Shown: piece by piece, positions 1-15,072 of the stretch
Layout of the letters: each line of letters starts with the position of its first letter
Numbering within the stretch: the first letter of the stretch is position 1
Assembly: GCA_951406725.2 (NCBI GenBank)
Contig: OX597821.1
Location: 4,278,001 to 4,342,000 of the forward strand
From: Octopus vulgaris
Lineage: Eukaryota
Direction: 5' to 3'
DNA: 64,000 bases
The notes under the pieces: model-generated
Seen by the model: only the letters and a program-made list of their open reading frames with translations
Told to the model about the DNA's origin: nothing
Databases searched by the model: none
Made by a program: the position numbers and the translations under genes

Positions 1-9
1 ATAATAACT

Positions 10-205
10 TTTTCCACTGTAGGCACAAGGCATTTTAATCTTTAGTTAAGGGGGCTAGTTGATTACATCTGCCCCAGTGCGTTACTGGTATTATTTCATC
101 AACCCCGAAAGGATAAACGGTTTGGTCAACCTCGGCAGAATTTGAAACCTGTGGGCAGCGACAGACAAAATACTTCCCAGCGTGCTAACGATTCTACCAG
201 CTCGA
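10..205 (-). mobile_element. tRNA-derived SINE, family A (degenerate)
   Basis: Reverse complement resembles the family A head GAGCTGGCAGAATCGTTAGCACG and body CTTTCATCCTTTCGGGGTCGAT...ACTGGGG seen intact at 32405-32635. Confidence 0.8.
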
Positions 206-649
206 TATCTTAACACACCCATTAATAATACACAGTTTCTGGTTGAGAACACACGAAAATTGGCAATGGTTATTTGATCGACAACACCGCCAAATAATTC
301 CTTATAAACTTGATTTCGGTAAAATAAGGTAAAATATCTGAAATATATTAGATAAACCGTTTTCGCTTGTAGCCAAGTTTCCTGGTTTAGATGTTAATAG
401 TGTGGCATGCATGGTTGTACGATTGTGATTTCGATTCATGGGACAGACGATCCGTTGTATTCTTGAACAAATCACTTTGAGTCCACTTACTTGGCAAATC
501 GAACAATCCTACTTTCGTCTCTCTTTCAGTGAGACGGGGAATATATATGCCACGGAGTACGGGGAAATCTAATATATGAGACCTAATATATAGCTTGGGA
601 AGAATCTTTCATATCTTTTTTATTTTTCGTTTATTTGCTATCCATCATA

Positions 650-1260
650 CATGACAATGCGAAGCTGGGGATATTCAGTATATCTGTAGTTCATGCTTTG
701 ATGTCACTAGTATATCTTTTCCTTGGTCTGCCTTGCTTTCTATTGTTCCCTGCAGTATTGTCTTTGCTGGGACGTAGCTTCTTACCAAGGCAGTCCCGTT
801 TCTTTACCTTTACAATTATCATCACATCCTCGTGTGTTACTATAGACCGAGTCACGAAAAAACCCAGGCTATCTAAAATATAACCCCTTATCAAGTTATA
901 CAGGGTAGGATACATTAGGTTTTGAAATCTAGGGTAATCAGCACTCTGCAGCAACATTATAGATGCAGAAAGATAAAAAACATTGAATCAGAAATCACTA
1001 CAATTATCGTTGAACATAAGTTTAAAAATAACACAACCAAAATATACCCCAAAGATTCTGGCCCAAAATAAGATAATATTCAATCTATTGAAGCACCCAG
1101 GAGTTGATCATAAATTTGGTTTCAGTAAAATATAAAAACACTTCTTTAGAATAAAATGAGATGTAACACTTCTTTTATTACCTGTGTTATACTGATATAG
1201 TCAGCAAATACGAAATACCGAAAAGAATAAGACGGTATGTATCTTCGTAGCATTTGCACT
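650..1260 (-). pseudogene. Highly decayed RTE-type LINE reverse transcriptase C-terminal remnant
   Basis: Minus-strand fragments read AKTILQGTI and RKQGRPRKRYTSDIKA (RTE-like GRPRKRWxDxIK motif), with FVFADYI resembling the FADD box upstream; frameshifted. Confidence 0.5.
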
Positions 1261-1554
1261 TCTTCATCTTCACAGGAATCCTAGGCAACGGTGCAGAAGT
1301 AACAGAACATCATATCTTGCGTTAGTTTCCGTTTATCGACGCCTTCCAGAAATATGTGTCTTTACTCACATACAAAAGTTTGCCTGTATATGCTTAATAA
1401 AATTTGCATGCTGATGCAAGTTTGATAACTGTTAAAAGTTTATGTTACAAACATACATAGGCAAGTGCATTTTGCGATCAGCTCTCCAGCCCATCCGAAG
1501 TACATATGCGTGTACGCCTAAGTATTTGTGTGTTTATGTGTATGCACACACACA

Positions 1555-1601
<47 letters not shown>

Positions 1602-1780
1602 ATGCAAATAGATAGATATAAATACTAGAGTGTGTGTGCTTTGGTGCGCGCGCTTGTGTATCCATATACCCATCTATCTGTCTATCTATCTATCCATATA
1701 TATATATACATATATAAATATACATATATATATGCACACATATATATATATGTATATATATGTATATATATATATATGTT

Positions 1781-1839
<59 letters not shown>

Positions 1840-1880
1840 GTATATATATATACATGTATATATATACATGTATACATATA

Positions 1881-1925
<45 letters not shown>

Positions 1926-2399
1926 GTATATATATCCGTATATCTATGTTTGTGTGTGTATGTGTGTGTATAGTTACATAAATACATGCATATGAGCACA
2001 TAAACGCATCCATTCTTACACACACATGTATTTATATATACGCATATATAGCGTATATATAAATGTATGGAATTATGTGTTTGTTTTGTGCATATAAAAA
2101 TACTTCTTAGCGTATTTACTTGTTTGATCACATGCTGCGTTTAGGGAATATATAGTGTTTTATTTTTTTGTAACATTTATCAAATTAGCACGAATACGTA
2201 AATTAGTTCGCTCATGTGTAAGGGAAGATGCATTTTCTCTATTGCTATCAGCTGTTATTTCAAAGCAGAACATTGAAGATAAATAGAATCTGAAGAAAGA
2301 TAGCAATCTCGAACGCGCTCTTTATATTACTTATGTTGTTTTATCAAGGGTTTATACTATACCCAGAAGATTCTTTCACCGTAAAGGACATATGCGCTC

Positions 2400-2479
<80 letters not shown>

Positions 2480-4507
2480 ATACATATAGACAAACACACG
2501 CCTATATGTATTTCTGTGTGTATGTTTACATATGCGTGTGTATGCGTGTGTGTGTATGTATATAGATATGCGTATAAACTACGGCATATTTTATCTAAGT
2601 TTCTTAGTTCACATCCAGTGCGTCATGCGAGCGGAATTTCCATACTTCATTTCGTAGAAATAATACACGCAACTTACAAAAGTATTACGACACTATAACA
2701 ATTTCTGACGCTTGCACAATAACACAAATTCACATGAGAACTTTTCTTTTCATTGGAAAATACGTTATATTATTGTTCCTAGCTTAGCTTACGAATAGTT
2801 CGCTTTGTAAGTCACTGGTAACTGAAATATCTCAAGCTACAACGAGGAATCCATTATACAAAATATATCTTCGCCTAATGGCAAATCATTATCTGGGGCG
2901 TTATTCTATGGAGTAATAATCATCCAGTATGGCTGTGTCTGGCTTAGGATACATGCACCAAGACTCTATTTCGGGTTAATTTTCCGAAATCGATCTCCAT
3001 ATTTAATGGGAGTATACACTGATTAGCTAAAATTTTGTCAGATCTATTCTCAAAGCAATTCGCTATCATCGAATACTGTCTCCTATATCTAATTTAGTAA
3101 TAATTTCGATAGCTAATCTGTAGATCAAACTGAATTATAACTATGTTAACTTTTGATTACAGCATGACATCAGGTGATGCTAAGTTACGTTGAGGGGTTT
3201 GAGTATTGAGTATAGTAATTCTAAACAGAATTATCTTTACACATAGATTTATATATAATAGTATATTGTGTTTCTTTCATTCTTAATATTTCCTGTTGCT
3301 TTTATATTTGAGACCTTACCCTTGAATCTAAGTGATTTGGAATAAACTTTAGGCGGATTTCTTCATTTAAATCATCCGTCAAATATCTGTTATGGTCACC
3401 ATGTTAAAGAAGATGAAGAGGAAAAAGGTGAAGAAGAAAAAGAAGAAAAAGCGGAAGATGATGATGATGACGAAGAAGAAGAAAAAGAAGAAGAAGAAGA
3501 CGAAGGATAAGAGTAATATTGGCACTAATATTCGTTTTTCATATAAGCATAGCATACTTTGGACTAAAATTTCATTTGACTGATTTCTCAAATGAGCATC
3601 TACTATGTAGCGAGACCTGCTCGATGTGATAGCTAAAAGACCAGATTGAATTTGGAGTGGATATGAGGACTATTCTTATTTGTCTTTTTTTTATTTTAAT
3701 GCTAGAAATATGGAGAAAAAATGCAGAAATTGTCGATAGACCTCTACATTATGTCATTAAGTTAAAAAAAAAAGCTAATTGTAAATTCAGCGACACTTAT
3801 CAAAGTCTAATTGATATTTTTGGAACTCAAAACTCAGGAATATGGTAAAATAAGCTACCGAACATATTAGAAAACGCCGATGTTCTCACTTTAAAATGTC
3901 CACAGCATAAACAAAGCCATTACTAAATTCGCAAATTCCAAACGAATAAAGAGGAAATAATATCTGTTATTTTTCCTCGGGGAGTTATCAACACAATAAC
4001 ATTTTCTTTCTATATATCTGTTGATGACCTTATATTTGCGAAAACCAGCTGTGTCTCCCGTTGTTAATCAATAGAGTTTTGTCTTCAAATATGTGCTTCA
4101 AGACATTTTATTCATCCAGCATCATAATCATATACAATCCATAAAATCCGAATAGATATATAGCAGTCATTTCGTTGTGTCCAAATAATTTTATAGTTTT
4201 TTTTTATTTCTTTGGTTTCCAGATTGTTTTATTATTTCAAGTTTCTTCAAGCTGAGCTTCTGACAATGACGACCGACATCGCACCTGAAATAACAATACA
4301 TTTTGTTAAGTACAAAATACAATACTTAAAAAAAAAAAGAAGAAAATCTAAGAATTTGCTGTTGATTGTCATTCGTATATTTCAAACATAAGTATTTATA
4401 CATGCATACAGACACAGATATATTAATTCATGTCTATCTCTGAATCGCTTTCTCCACCCAACCCTCTCTCTCTCTCCTCATATATATATATATAGTTATA
4501 TGTATAC

Positions 4508-4549
<42 letters not shown>

Positions 4550-4592
4550 CAATGATAAATCTCAGAGTGAGTTATAAACAGTAGCGTCACTA

Positions 4593-4623
<31 letters not shown>

Positions 4624-4644
4624 ATATATATATAGGTGTGTGTG

Positions 4645-5115
4645 TGGAAGCACAATGGCCCAGTGGTTAGGGCAGCGGACACGCGGTCGTAGGATCGCGA
4701 TTTCAATTGTGAGTGTTTATTGAGCAAAAAAACCTAAATCTCCACGAGGCTCCGGCAGGGGTTGGTGGTGAACCCTGCTGTACTCTTTCAGGACACTTTC
4801 CCTCACTCTTTCTTCCTGTTCCTGTTGCGCATGTATTTTAATGGGCCAGCTGAATCTTCCCGAGAGCTACGTTAAGGGTGCACGTGTCTGTGGAGAGCTC
4901 AGCCACTTGCAAGTTAATAAATGATCTGCGGTGTCACTGGCGCCAAGCTGTATCGGCATTTGCCTTTCCCTTGGATAACATCGGTGGCGTGGAGAGGGGA
5001 AGCTGGTATGCGTGGGCGACTGATGGTCTTCTATAAACAACCTTGTCCAGACTTGTGCCTCGGAGGGTAACTTTCTAGGTGCAATCCCATGGTCTTTCAT
5101 GATCGAAGGGGGTCA
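4645..5115 (+). mobile_element. tRNA-headed SINE, family B-related
   Basis: A-box-like TGGCCCAGTGGTTAG; 3' half (GCCAAGCTGTATCGG...CTTTCCCTTGGATAACA...CCCATGGTC...GAAGGGGGTC) shared with 39504-39838. Confidence 0.8.
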
Positions 5116-5222
5116 CAATATACATGTGTATATATGTATTTATATACATGTATATATGTAAATATACATATATATATATATATATGTGTGTGTGTGTCTG
5201 CGTTTTTGTTTGCTTGTGTGTG

Positions 5223-5266
<44 letters not shown>

Positions 5267-5272
5267 TGTTGT

Positions 5273-5480
5273 GGAGGCACATGGCCTAGTGGCTAGAGCA
5301 GTGGACTCGCGGGTTCCAATCTCAGACTGGGTGATGTGTGTGTTTATGAGCGAGACACCTAAGCTCCACACGGCTCCGGCAGGAGGTAATGGCGAACTTC
5401 TGGTGAATCTTTCGCGTCCCATCAAGGTGAGGAACTTATGCGCCAAGGAAACCGGAAAACCGGCCCTGGGAACAAAACAA
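5273..5480 (+). mobile_element. Partial tRNA-headed SINE (same head as 4645)
   Basis: TGGCCTAGTGGCTAGAGC A-box and ACCTAAGCTCCAC-GGCTCCGGCAGG shared with the 4645 copy. Confidence 0.7.
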
Positions 5481-5544
<64 letters not shown>

Positions 5545-5593
5545 ACACAACCACACAGTACATATAAATACATACATACATGCATACACACAC

Positions 5594-5631
<38 letters not shown>

Positions 5632-6003
5632 GAGTGGTTTTCAGTGTGCGTGTCTGTGGGTTGGACTGTGTGAAGGAAGGTGTCATATAATTTTAATATG
5701 CTGCGCTCAAGATCACTAACTGCGTCATTGCTTCACTTTGTAGATAGTGCAGCCTGTGCTCTCTGTAGTATGCCTAATTCCACGCCGATGTTAATTCATT
5801 ATTCTGAAAAAAGTGCAGCAGTGACACTTTGTTTAACAGTGTGAGTGTATAGCGTTCCATTCTCGATTCGTTTTGTATGATCTGTTGCTAAAAGATTCTG
5901 GAGTCCTGGAGAAATTTCGTATCGTAACCCAATTGTTTGGAATTGTTTCTTCAGGACGTAAGTTAATTTTGCCGAGGTCGACTTTCACAGCCGATAGAAT
6001 AAG

Positions 6004-6485
<482 letters not shown>

Positions 6486-6486
6486 A

Positions 6487-7037
6487 ATGCCCTGATACAT
6501 ACCAGGCAGTGGCTCTCATGGCTTCTGATCTTAACTGACTGGAAGGGTTATCCTGAATATTGTTTTGTCTTGGTATAAATGATGGGCTACACCAAATATT
6601 CAGCTCAATACCATAGATTTGCTTGTTAATTGTTTGACCTTAACTAGTTGTGCATGTCCCTTCGTGGCTGATCACAAGCTCGGATCACAAGCAGAAGTAG
6701 TTGGGGAGCACCATAGCCAGGCGTTGAGAGAAATTCTTTGGGATTTGGAGAATTCACATCTGGAAATATCTACGTTTCGTTACTCCTCTTTCTACACGCC
6801 ACATTCAGGGAACTTTTGAGCGGGATAGGCTACTTGACGTAAAGAAAATTCTAACTTCGGCCAACTTGCAAGGTCATTTGCTGTTTATCTTGATATGGAG
6901 ATCACCATGTCGCTCACATATGGGTGTGATGCATGTACCTAGTGTACCCTTGTCAGAGGGGTTATCATGATGGGTATACTGGGCTTCGTATATTTTACCC
7001 CAGTATCACTTTGATGGTATGCTCTGCTTCGTCACTC
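6487..7037 (+). mobile_element. ~550-bp interspersed repeat embedded in (AAT)n, copy 1
   Basis: End-to-end reverse-complement match to 9504-10059; both ends flanked by AAT-type repeats; strand arbitrary. Confidence 0.85.
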
Positions 7038-7062
7038 AATAATAATGATGATGATAATAATA

Positions 7063-7138
<76 letters not shown>

Positions 7139-7234
7139 CACCTACTCTCACTTTAGCACACATACATGTCATATGCATATCATATCTGTACCTACGTACT
7201 CATGTATGTGTGTATATATATATATATATGTATG

Positions 7235-7316
<82 letters not shown>

Positions 7317-7981
7317 CACATTCACTCATTTATTGATCTTTATATTATAGGACATTAACATATCGTATGATAACATCTAACGTCATTTTACAGACTATAG
7401 ACCGAAGACATTTCAACATCATAAACTCTAACAATATTACAGAACCCGCATATTATCTAGTCAGTATACAAGAGTGACTTGTAATATGGTAAAACTCGTC
7501 AGCATTTTCGTACGTTATGAGAGGAGATAAAATGAACAATACGCAGGATCGAATATCATTTTTTTGAAACGATTAAAACATACGTGCATGCACAAAAGTT
7601 CCCAGGCATTCGAAAAGTGATACCATGAAAACAATATAAAAACAAAGAAGCGTTCTTAAACTTCTGTTTCTGAAGGCTGCCTACCTATTCTCTATATCTT
7701 CTCTTTTTTCTTTTTTCTTTTGTGTCGCTCTCCCAATTTTTGTCGTAAAACGCACACACTCACACACACTAACACATATACTTATATGTATGTATTAGTG
7801 CGTGTTTGTGTCTATGTTATATGCATATATGTATATGTTAAGCTTGCTTCCAAACCACGTGGTTCCAGTTTCCAGGTTCAGTCCTACTGCGTGGCACCTT
7901 CAGTAAGTGTCTTCTACTTTAGCCTCGGGCCGACCAAAGACACGTCAGTGGATTTGGTAGACGGATAATGAGAGAACACCG

Positions 7982-8078
<97 letters not shown>

Positions 8079-8079
8079 A

Positions 8080-8996
8080 CAATTCATAAATAAGGGCAAA
8101 CGAAAAAATTTCTAATGCCAAATATGCCGAAAAATTGGACATATTGTCCATTAACCATATAATTTTTTCACAATACGCACGCTACTCGAAAAAAGGTCGA
8201 CAGACACTTCTAAAAAATTCCATCATTACCATATCGGACCGATTTCAGGGTTAGCTCATAACAGCCCACACTTCGTCAGTGATACATGTAGCAAAAGAAA
8301 TAAATGAGATACTTACTCATACCCATGGAAGATGCAAACACTGAGTCATGAGCACAATTAAGTACCCCAAATACATCCAAAATAGAAATACTCCAGCCCA
8401 TTCGAGACACGTGCGATTTGAACTGAGGCCCTCACAGAGTGAGAGAGTTCGGAAGTGTACGCTTAAATTTATATCTAATGTACGATAAAATTTTTTTCAA
8501 AAAAAAATTCTTTTCGAAAAAAATTTTAGCAATGGCCAGCATATTGAAAAATACCTTTAAAGGTTAAATTTATAAACAATTCATAAATAAGGGCAAACGA
8601 AAGAATGTGGACTGCCAAATATGCCGAAAAATTGGACATATTGTCCATTAACCATATAATTTTTTCACAATACGCACGCTACTCGAAAAAAGGTCAACAG
8701 AAATTTCTAAAAAATTCCATTATTACCATATAGGACCGATTTCAGGGTTAGCTCATAACAGCCCTCCCTTCGTCAGTGATACATGTGGCAAAAGAAATAA
8801 ATGAGTTACTTACTCATACCCATCGAAGAAGCAAACACTAAGTCATGAGCTCAATTAAGTACCCCAAATATATCCACAATAGAAAAACTCCAGCGCATTC
8901 GAGACACGCGTGATTTGAACTGAGGCCCTCACAGAGTGAGAGAGTCCGGAATTGAACGCTTAAATTTATATCTAAAGTAGGATAAAATTTTTTTTT
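8080..8996 (-). mobile_element. Tandem ~497-bp direct repeat (about 1.85 units), Penelope-like pseudo-LTR type
   Basis: CAATTCATAAATAAGGGCAAACG at 8080 and 8577; each unit has a minus-strand HHR-like motif; flanked by (TA)n. Confidence 0.7.
8231..8285 (-). ncRNA. Minimal type I hammerhead ribozyme motif (second copy about 8728-8782)
   Basis: GUAUCA-CUGACGA-AG...CU-GAAA-UCGG-UC/CGAUAU; stem I GUAUC:GAUAU; copy 2 has stem II AGGG:CCCU. Confidence 0.55.
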
Positions 8997-9025
8997 ATAT
9001 ATACTATTATATTTATATATGTTAA

Positions 9026-9071
<46 letters not shown>

Positions 9072-9135
9072 TTATTTATGTATTGGTTTATGTTTATCAC
9101 TGTTTGAGTTGCATAATAGTGGTTTTATCTCTAAT

Positions 9136-9199
<64 letters not shown>

Positions 9200-9416
9200 A
9201 TTTAGAGAAAAATTACTATTAAACAATTCAATAAAGAAAGATGTTATTCACAGCATATAGAAAACATATACTATAAAAAACCTTATTTTAAATCAATAAT
9301 GTAAAATAAATAGTAATTATTAGTAAAAAGACTACACGTGTTTCATGGCTATATTTTCAAATAAATAATAGTTATTTTGGAATTATGTTCCCTACTACTA
9401 CTGCTACTACCACGAC

Positions 9417-9452
<36 letters not shown>

Positions 9453-9454
9453 CA

Positions 9455-9503
<49 letters not shown>

Positions 9504-10059
9504 GAGTGAGAGAGCAGTGCATGCCATCAAAGTGACACTGGGGTAAAATATACGAAGCCCAGTATACCCATCATGACTACCCGTCTGATAAAGGTACATC
9601 AGGCACATGCATCACAACCGTATGTGCGCGACATGGTGATCTCATATCAAGATAAACAGCACATGACCTTGCAGGTGGGGCCCAGTTAGAATTTGCTTCT
9701 GGTTGAGTAGACCATTCCGCTCAAAAGGTCTCTGAATAAGGGTTGTTTAAGGATGTTGAAAGAACCACCCATGTTTCCAGAGGTGAATTATTCAAACCCC
9801 AAAGAATCCCCCCCAACACATGGCCATGATGCTCCCCCACTACTTCTACTCGTGATCAGAGATGCACATATCGTCAGCCACTAAGGGACATGCTCAACTG
9901 GTTAAGGTCAAACAACTGACAAGCAAATCTGTGGTATTGAGCAGAATATTTGCTGTAGCCCATCTTTTATACCAAGACAAAACAATGTACATGATAACAC
10001 TTCCAATCAGTTAAGATCAGAAGCCATGAGAGCCACTGCCTGGTACTGCATCAGGGCAT
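9504..10059 (-). mobile_element. ~555-bp interspersed repeat embedded in (ATT)n, copy 2 (inverted)
   Basis: Reverse complement of 6487-7037, with (ATT)n on both sides. Confidence 0.85.
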
Positions 10060-10635
10060 ATTATTATTATTATTATTATATATCATCCCAAGAAAATGTT
10101 CTTAAGAAATGAACATTCATGTATAAATATATAAATACTTATGTATTAACGGAGCAGATTTATAAATATGCAAAATAGTAAGATTCTAAGGACTTGAGTC
10201 TTCTCGCCCTACGTCGAGACTCTGTTCTTTCCTCTTCCCACTTCCCTTCTATTATTTTATGTATTTATATTCAATCTGATGAAGCTGCGCGTATCGCATC
10301 GAATGTGCTATAAATATGACGAATATTATTTTCGGAATTTTGATTGGAGGCACCGATTGACATTGGTTGCTGAAACAGCCGTACGCAATTTTAAGATTTC
10401 TATTTTTAAAAATTTCGTCAATTTGTTTGTTTATTGATCAAAAGTCGTCTCCATTTTCTGCTCGTTTTATATTTGATTCCTGATAAACACTTGCTTATTC
10501 CGCCATTACCTGTACCCTATGAGCATATTGAGCTTGCACATCCATGCCCAGGATCAACATGGGTAATTTATAAAGGTCGTAAGAATGGATGTTCTTATCC
10601 CTGAGATAGCTTTCCAAACGCTAACTCTGCTTACC

Positions 10636-10670
<35 letters not shown>

Positions 10671-10674
<4 letters not shown>

Positions 10675-10890
10675 GGAATTTACAAAAAAGGACGAAGATG
10701 GGTGTGTAAACAACAAATAGAAGTGTGTTTGTACGTGTATGTATATGTGGGTTACATAGACTTAGGGACTAAACAACAAATGGGAACTGAGAAAGTCTTT
10801 TACGTTTCGAGCTTACGTCCTTCGACAGAAAGGGACACAGAAATAAACAGAGAGAGACAATAGGATATGTTATAGTGGCTAGCGATAGAC
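10671..10890 (-). mobile_element. Short repeat carrying a minimal HHR-like motif, related to 43486-43685
   Basis: Shared blocks GTGG-ATTTAC-AAAAA, TTTCGAGC-TACG...CAGAAAGGGACACAGAAA and TAGTG-CTA-CGAT; abuts (TA)n. Confidence 0.6.
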
Positions 10891-11844
10891 GCAATTTAAG
10901 CATCCCAAATGTAAGCATCCCTAAAGAACCCTCATTGTTTTTTTTCATTTTCGGGGAATTTCAAGTTTTCGCGAATTTGTGTTCTACGTACGTAAGGGAA
11001 TTCATACGATTATGGGTTATATTTTGATGTGTGTTTATGCGATTTGAGGGCAGTTTACCTGTTATTTTGGGGCTATCTCAGAACCAGGTGATACCTTTCT
11101 TCTTCCCTTCTCATTCTGATATGTATTGATGATTTTTCAATATTTTCTTCTCCATACACTCATTTAATGGATTGTGGATCATTGATGGAGTTTAAGTAAA
11201 AAAAATTGGACCATCTGTATATTTGCTTTTAAAGAAAGAATTCACAAAAATATTAACTTTTACGATTTATTGGTTTGGGGTGCTAAGAATATTTATAATT
11301 TCGTAATCGTTCGCATTCCAAACTCAAATTTGCAAACGTTTTCTGACGAAATAAAAAAATGAATAAAATAAATAATGAGTTACCATAGGTTACATGTGGT
11401 GCTTATATATGGGTATCTGGCGTTGTAACTGCGTGCAGGTTCAAAAGTTGTCGTAAGGAAAACCGGTGTTACGAATCTTCTTCAAATTACACAATGAAAT
11501 GCCATGTGACCTCAGTTGGTATGCATCAAAATATACATATATACACGTGACTCTGTATGGGCATGCGCGTGTATATAGGGGGATGCATGTTTGCACAGTG
11601 TATGTGTCTGTTTAACTGTATGTGATAATAAAATACAAATATTGTCTTGTAAATTATTATGCGCATTTTCTTTACATATTACGTAATTTTGTGCGTGATA
11701 TTTACCTACAAATCACAGAGCAACATTCATCTCACACGCACAGGCACTCCTGCGTGCATGCGCGTACATTTATGAATATAAATATATTTATCAATATATG
11801 CCTGCGACACACACACGCACACATGCGTACATATATATATATAC

Positions 11845-11946
<102 letters not shown>

Positions 11947-11964
11947 GTATACACGCACACATAC

Positions 11965-12093
<129 letters not shown>

Positions 12094-12707
12094 ATAAGTA
12101 CACATGTTCTATTCGAATGTACGTCTTGTATTTCGCATACGATATAAATAAACGAATATATGCATTTATATACGTATGTGTACCTGTGTTTGTGTTTGTT
12201 TGTGTGATTTGTAAGTTCATATGCACATTTATTGTAATTCAATTGATATGTTAAAACAGATAATAAAAGAAAGAGGGGAGACGAACTACGGAATTTTGAA
12301 ATTCCATTCAATTACGTTGTATTCCAAGGTGGACACTTCAAAGTACACGTTGTGTCACACACACATAGACAAATGGGGGGATAAATGCACACAGGTGAAC
12401 ACCATGCACACGCTTACATATACCTTTGCATGTAACTGCGAGGGAGTGTGTGCGCGTGTGTGTGTACGTGTATGTATGTGTATGTACGTACGTGTTTGCA
12501 TGTGTATGTACGTCTATGTATATGTATATAAGTGTATATATGTGTATGTGCGTGCATGTACGTGCATGTATGTGAGATTGTGAATAGTGGTTACATACAC
12601 ATAGGGACTGAATAATGGTTACATATACACACAGAATGATAAATAGATAATTCTATCGGTAAACGAATAGTGAAGCCAAAATAAATCCATGTTTATATGT
12701 AACTGAA

Positions 12708-12790
<83 letters not shown>

Positions 12791-13539
12791 AGAGAGAGAG
12801 AGAAACAGAGCGCCAGTTAGACAGTGAAGCAGACATATACATACATCCGTACATACGTACATACGATCGTGTGCGCAAAAGGTTATTTTTATGTGTGTTT
12901 CAATGTGCGTGTGCGGGTGAGTGAGTGTTAGTGTAGGTAGGTATGAACACATACATAACATTCTATCGATACAGGAAGATGCAGTCTCTCATATATAATC
13001 ATATGCACATAGCAACAGAGAATGATGTACACAATTTTTCGAAATGCTCTGACACAAACAAATTCAAATACTCCTACATATATACGCACCAATAACAAAA
13101 ATGAAAATAAATACAGTAATAAAAAAATGAACCAAACAAGCAAAATATATATAAATCAGTAAATAAATGCAAGAAGCAAAAGCATATCTTCATTGGAATT
13201 TAACGGATATTCGCTTAATTCACGTAGATAATTAGGTATAACGTAATCTTCTCTGAATTGAATGTCTATCCCGCTAATAGACAAGCCTGACCCCACTGCT
13301 AACCTTTCTATGGAATATATAGGTATTGTATGTAATGAGATGTCCTGTTGTTCATGTCGGCCTTCTACATCTCTTTACGCTTATGTTGTTGTTGGTGTTG
13401 CTGTTGTTGTTATTGTTATTGTTGTTTGTGGATGTCGCTCCTGTTTCTCTGCAGTATACGTTTTGTACAGTGAAAAATATGTGTTCGGGAACAATGGAAT
13501 TTCGTAGAGATATTATGAGATTATATGTGTATATATAAA

Positions 13540-13565
13540 TTTATATATATATAAATATCTATATC

Positions 13566-13622
<57 letters not shown>

Positions 13623-13959
13623 GAAAATATGCATATATGTATATATTTATATATGCAAAGAAATATATATACAAATATATATGTATACATGTGTGTATAT
13701 ATATATATTTATATATACATATATATATACATATAAATATATATATATATATAAGAAAATATGCATATATGTATATATTTATATATGCAAAGAAATATAT
13801 ATACAAATATATATGTATACATGTGTGTATATATATATATATTTATATATACATATATATACATATATATATATATATAAATATACATAGATATATAGAT
13901 ATATATATATATATATATACATGCATATATATACATATATATCTATATATATACATATA

Positions 13960-13999
<40 letters not shown>

Positions 14000-14098
14000 A
14001 TATATATATATATATGTATATACATATATGTATATATACATATATATATATGTATATACATATATGTATATATACATATATATATGTATATATATATG

Positions 14099-14129
<31 letters not shown>

Positions 14130-14134
14130 GTATA

Positions 14135-14217
<83 letters not shown>

Positions 14218-14242
14218 ACATATATATATATATGTATATAAA

Positions 14243-14279
<37 letters not shown>

Positions 14280-14281
14280 AC

Positions 14282-14345
<64 letters not shown>

Positions 14346-14384
14346 GTATATATATGTATATATATGTATATATATGTATGTATA

Positions 14385-14423
<39 letters not shown>

Positions 14424-14464
14424 TTATATATGTATATATATGTATATATATATATATATATATG

Positions 14465-14542
<78 letters not shown>
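13540..14542. repeat. ~1-kb degenerate (TA)n array with an internal ~132-bp direct duplication
   Basis: Visible; ATAAGAAAATATGCATATATG occurs at 13619 and 13751. Confidence 0.95.
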
Positions 14543-14653
14543 CTGAAAATATCTTTGCATTTATGGAACGTTGACAATTTTGAGTAGTTCAATTTAAGTT
14601 TAGCATGAATTTAAGTTTAGCATGAAGCGTTTCAAATATTCTCAACTTTTAGA

Positions 14654-15072
14654 ATACTCTTTACTCTTTTACTCTTTCACTTGTTTCAGTCATTTGACTG
14701 CGGCCATGCTGGAGCACCGCCTTTAGTCGAGGAAATCAACCCCAGGACTTATTCTTTGTAAGCCCAGTACTTATTCTATCGGTCTCTTTTTTGCCGAACC
14801 GCTAAGTGACGGGGACGTAAACACACCAGCATCGGTTGTCAAGCAATGGTAGGGGGACAAACACAGACACACAAACACACACACTTATATATATATATAC
14901 ATATATACGACAGGCTTCTTTCAGTTTCCGTCTACCAAATCCACTCACAAGGCATTAGTCGGCCCGGGGCTATAGCAGAAGACACTTGCTCAAGATGCCA
15001 AGCAGTGGGACTGAACCCGGAACCATGTGGTTGGTTAGCAAGCTACTTACCACACAGCCACTCCTGCACCTA
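14654..15072 (-). mobile_element. Full-length tRNA/CORE-like SINE, family C
   Basis: Minus strand starts GGTGCAGGAGTGGCTGTGTGGTAAG (A box), GGTTCAGTCCC (B box), CTTGAGCAAGTGTCTT (CORE-like), has an internal TG/TA tract and a (GAGTAAA)n-like tail; near-identical to 24641-25059. Confidence 0.9.

Noticed and set aside
3392-3583. Lysine-rich ORF
   Set aside because: Product of a (GAA)n/(GAT)n tract; no domain or splice evidence
4205-4300. Possible minus-strand terminal exon after a TTTCAG acceptor
   Set aside because: Short, no recognisable peptide and no partner exons found
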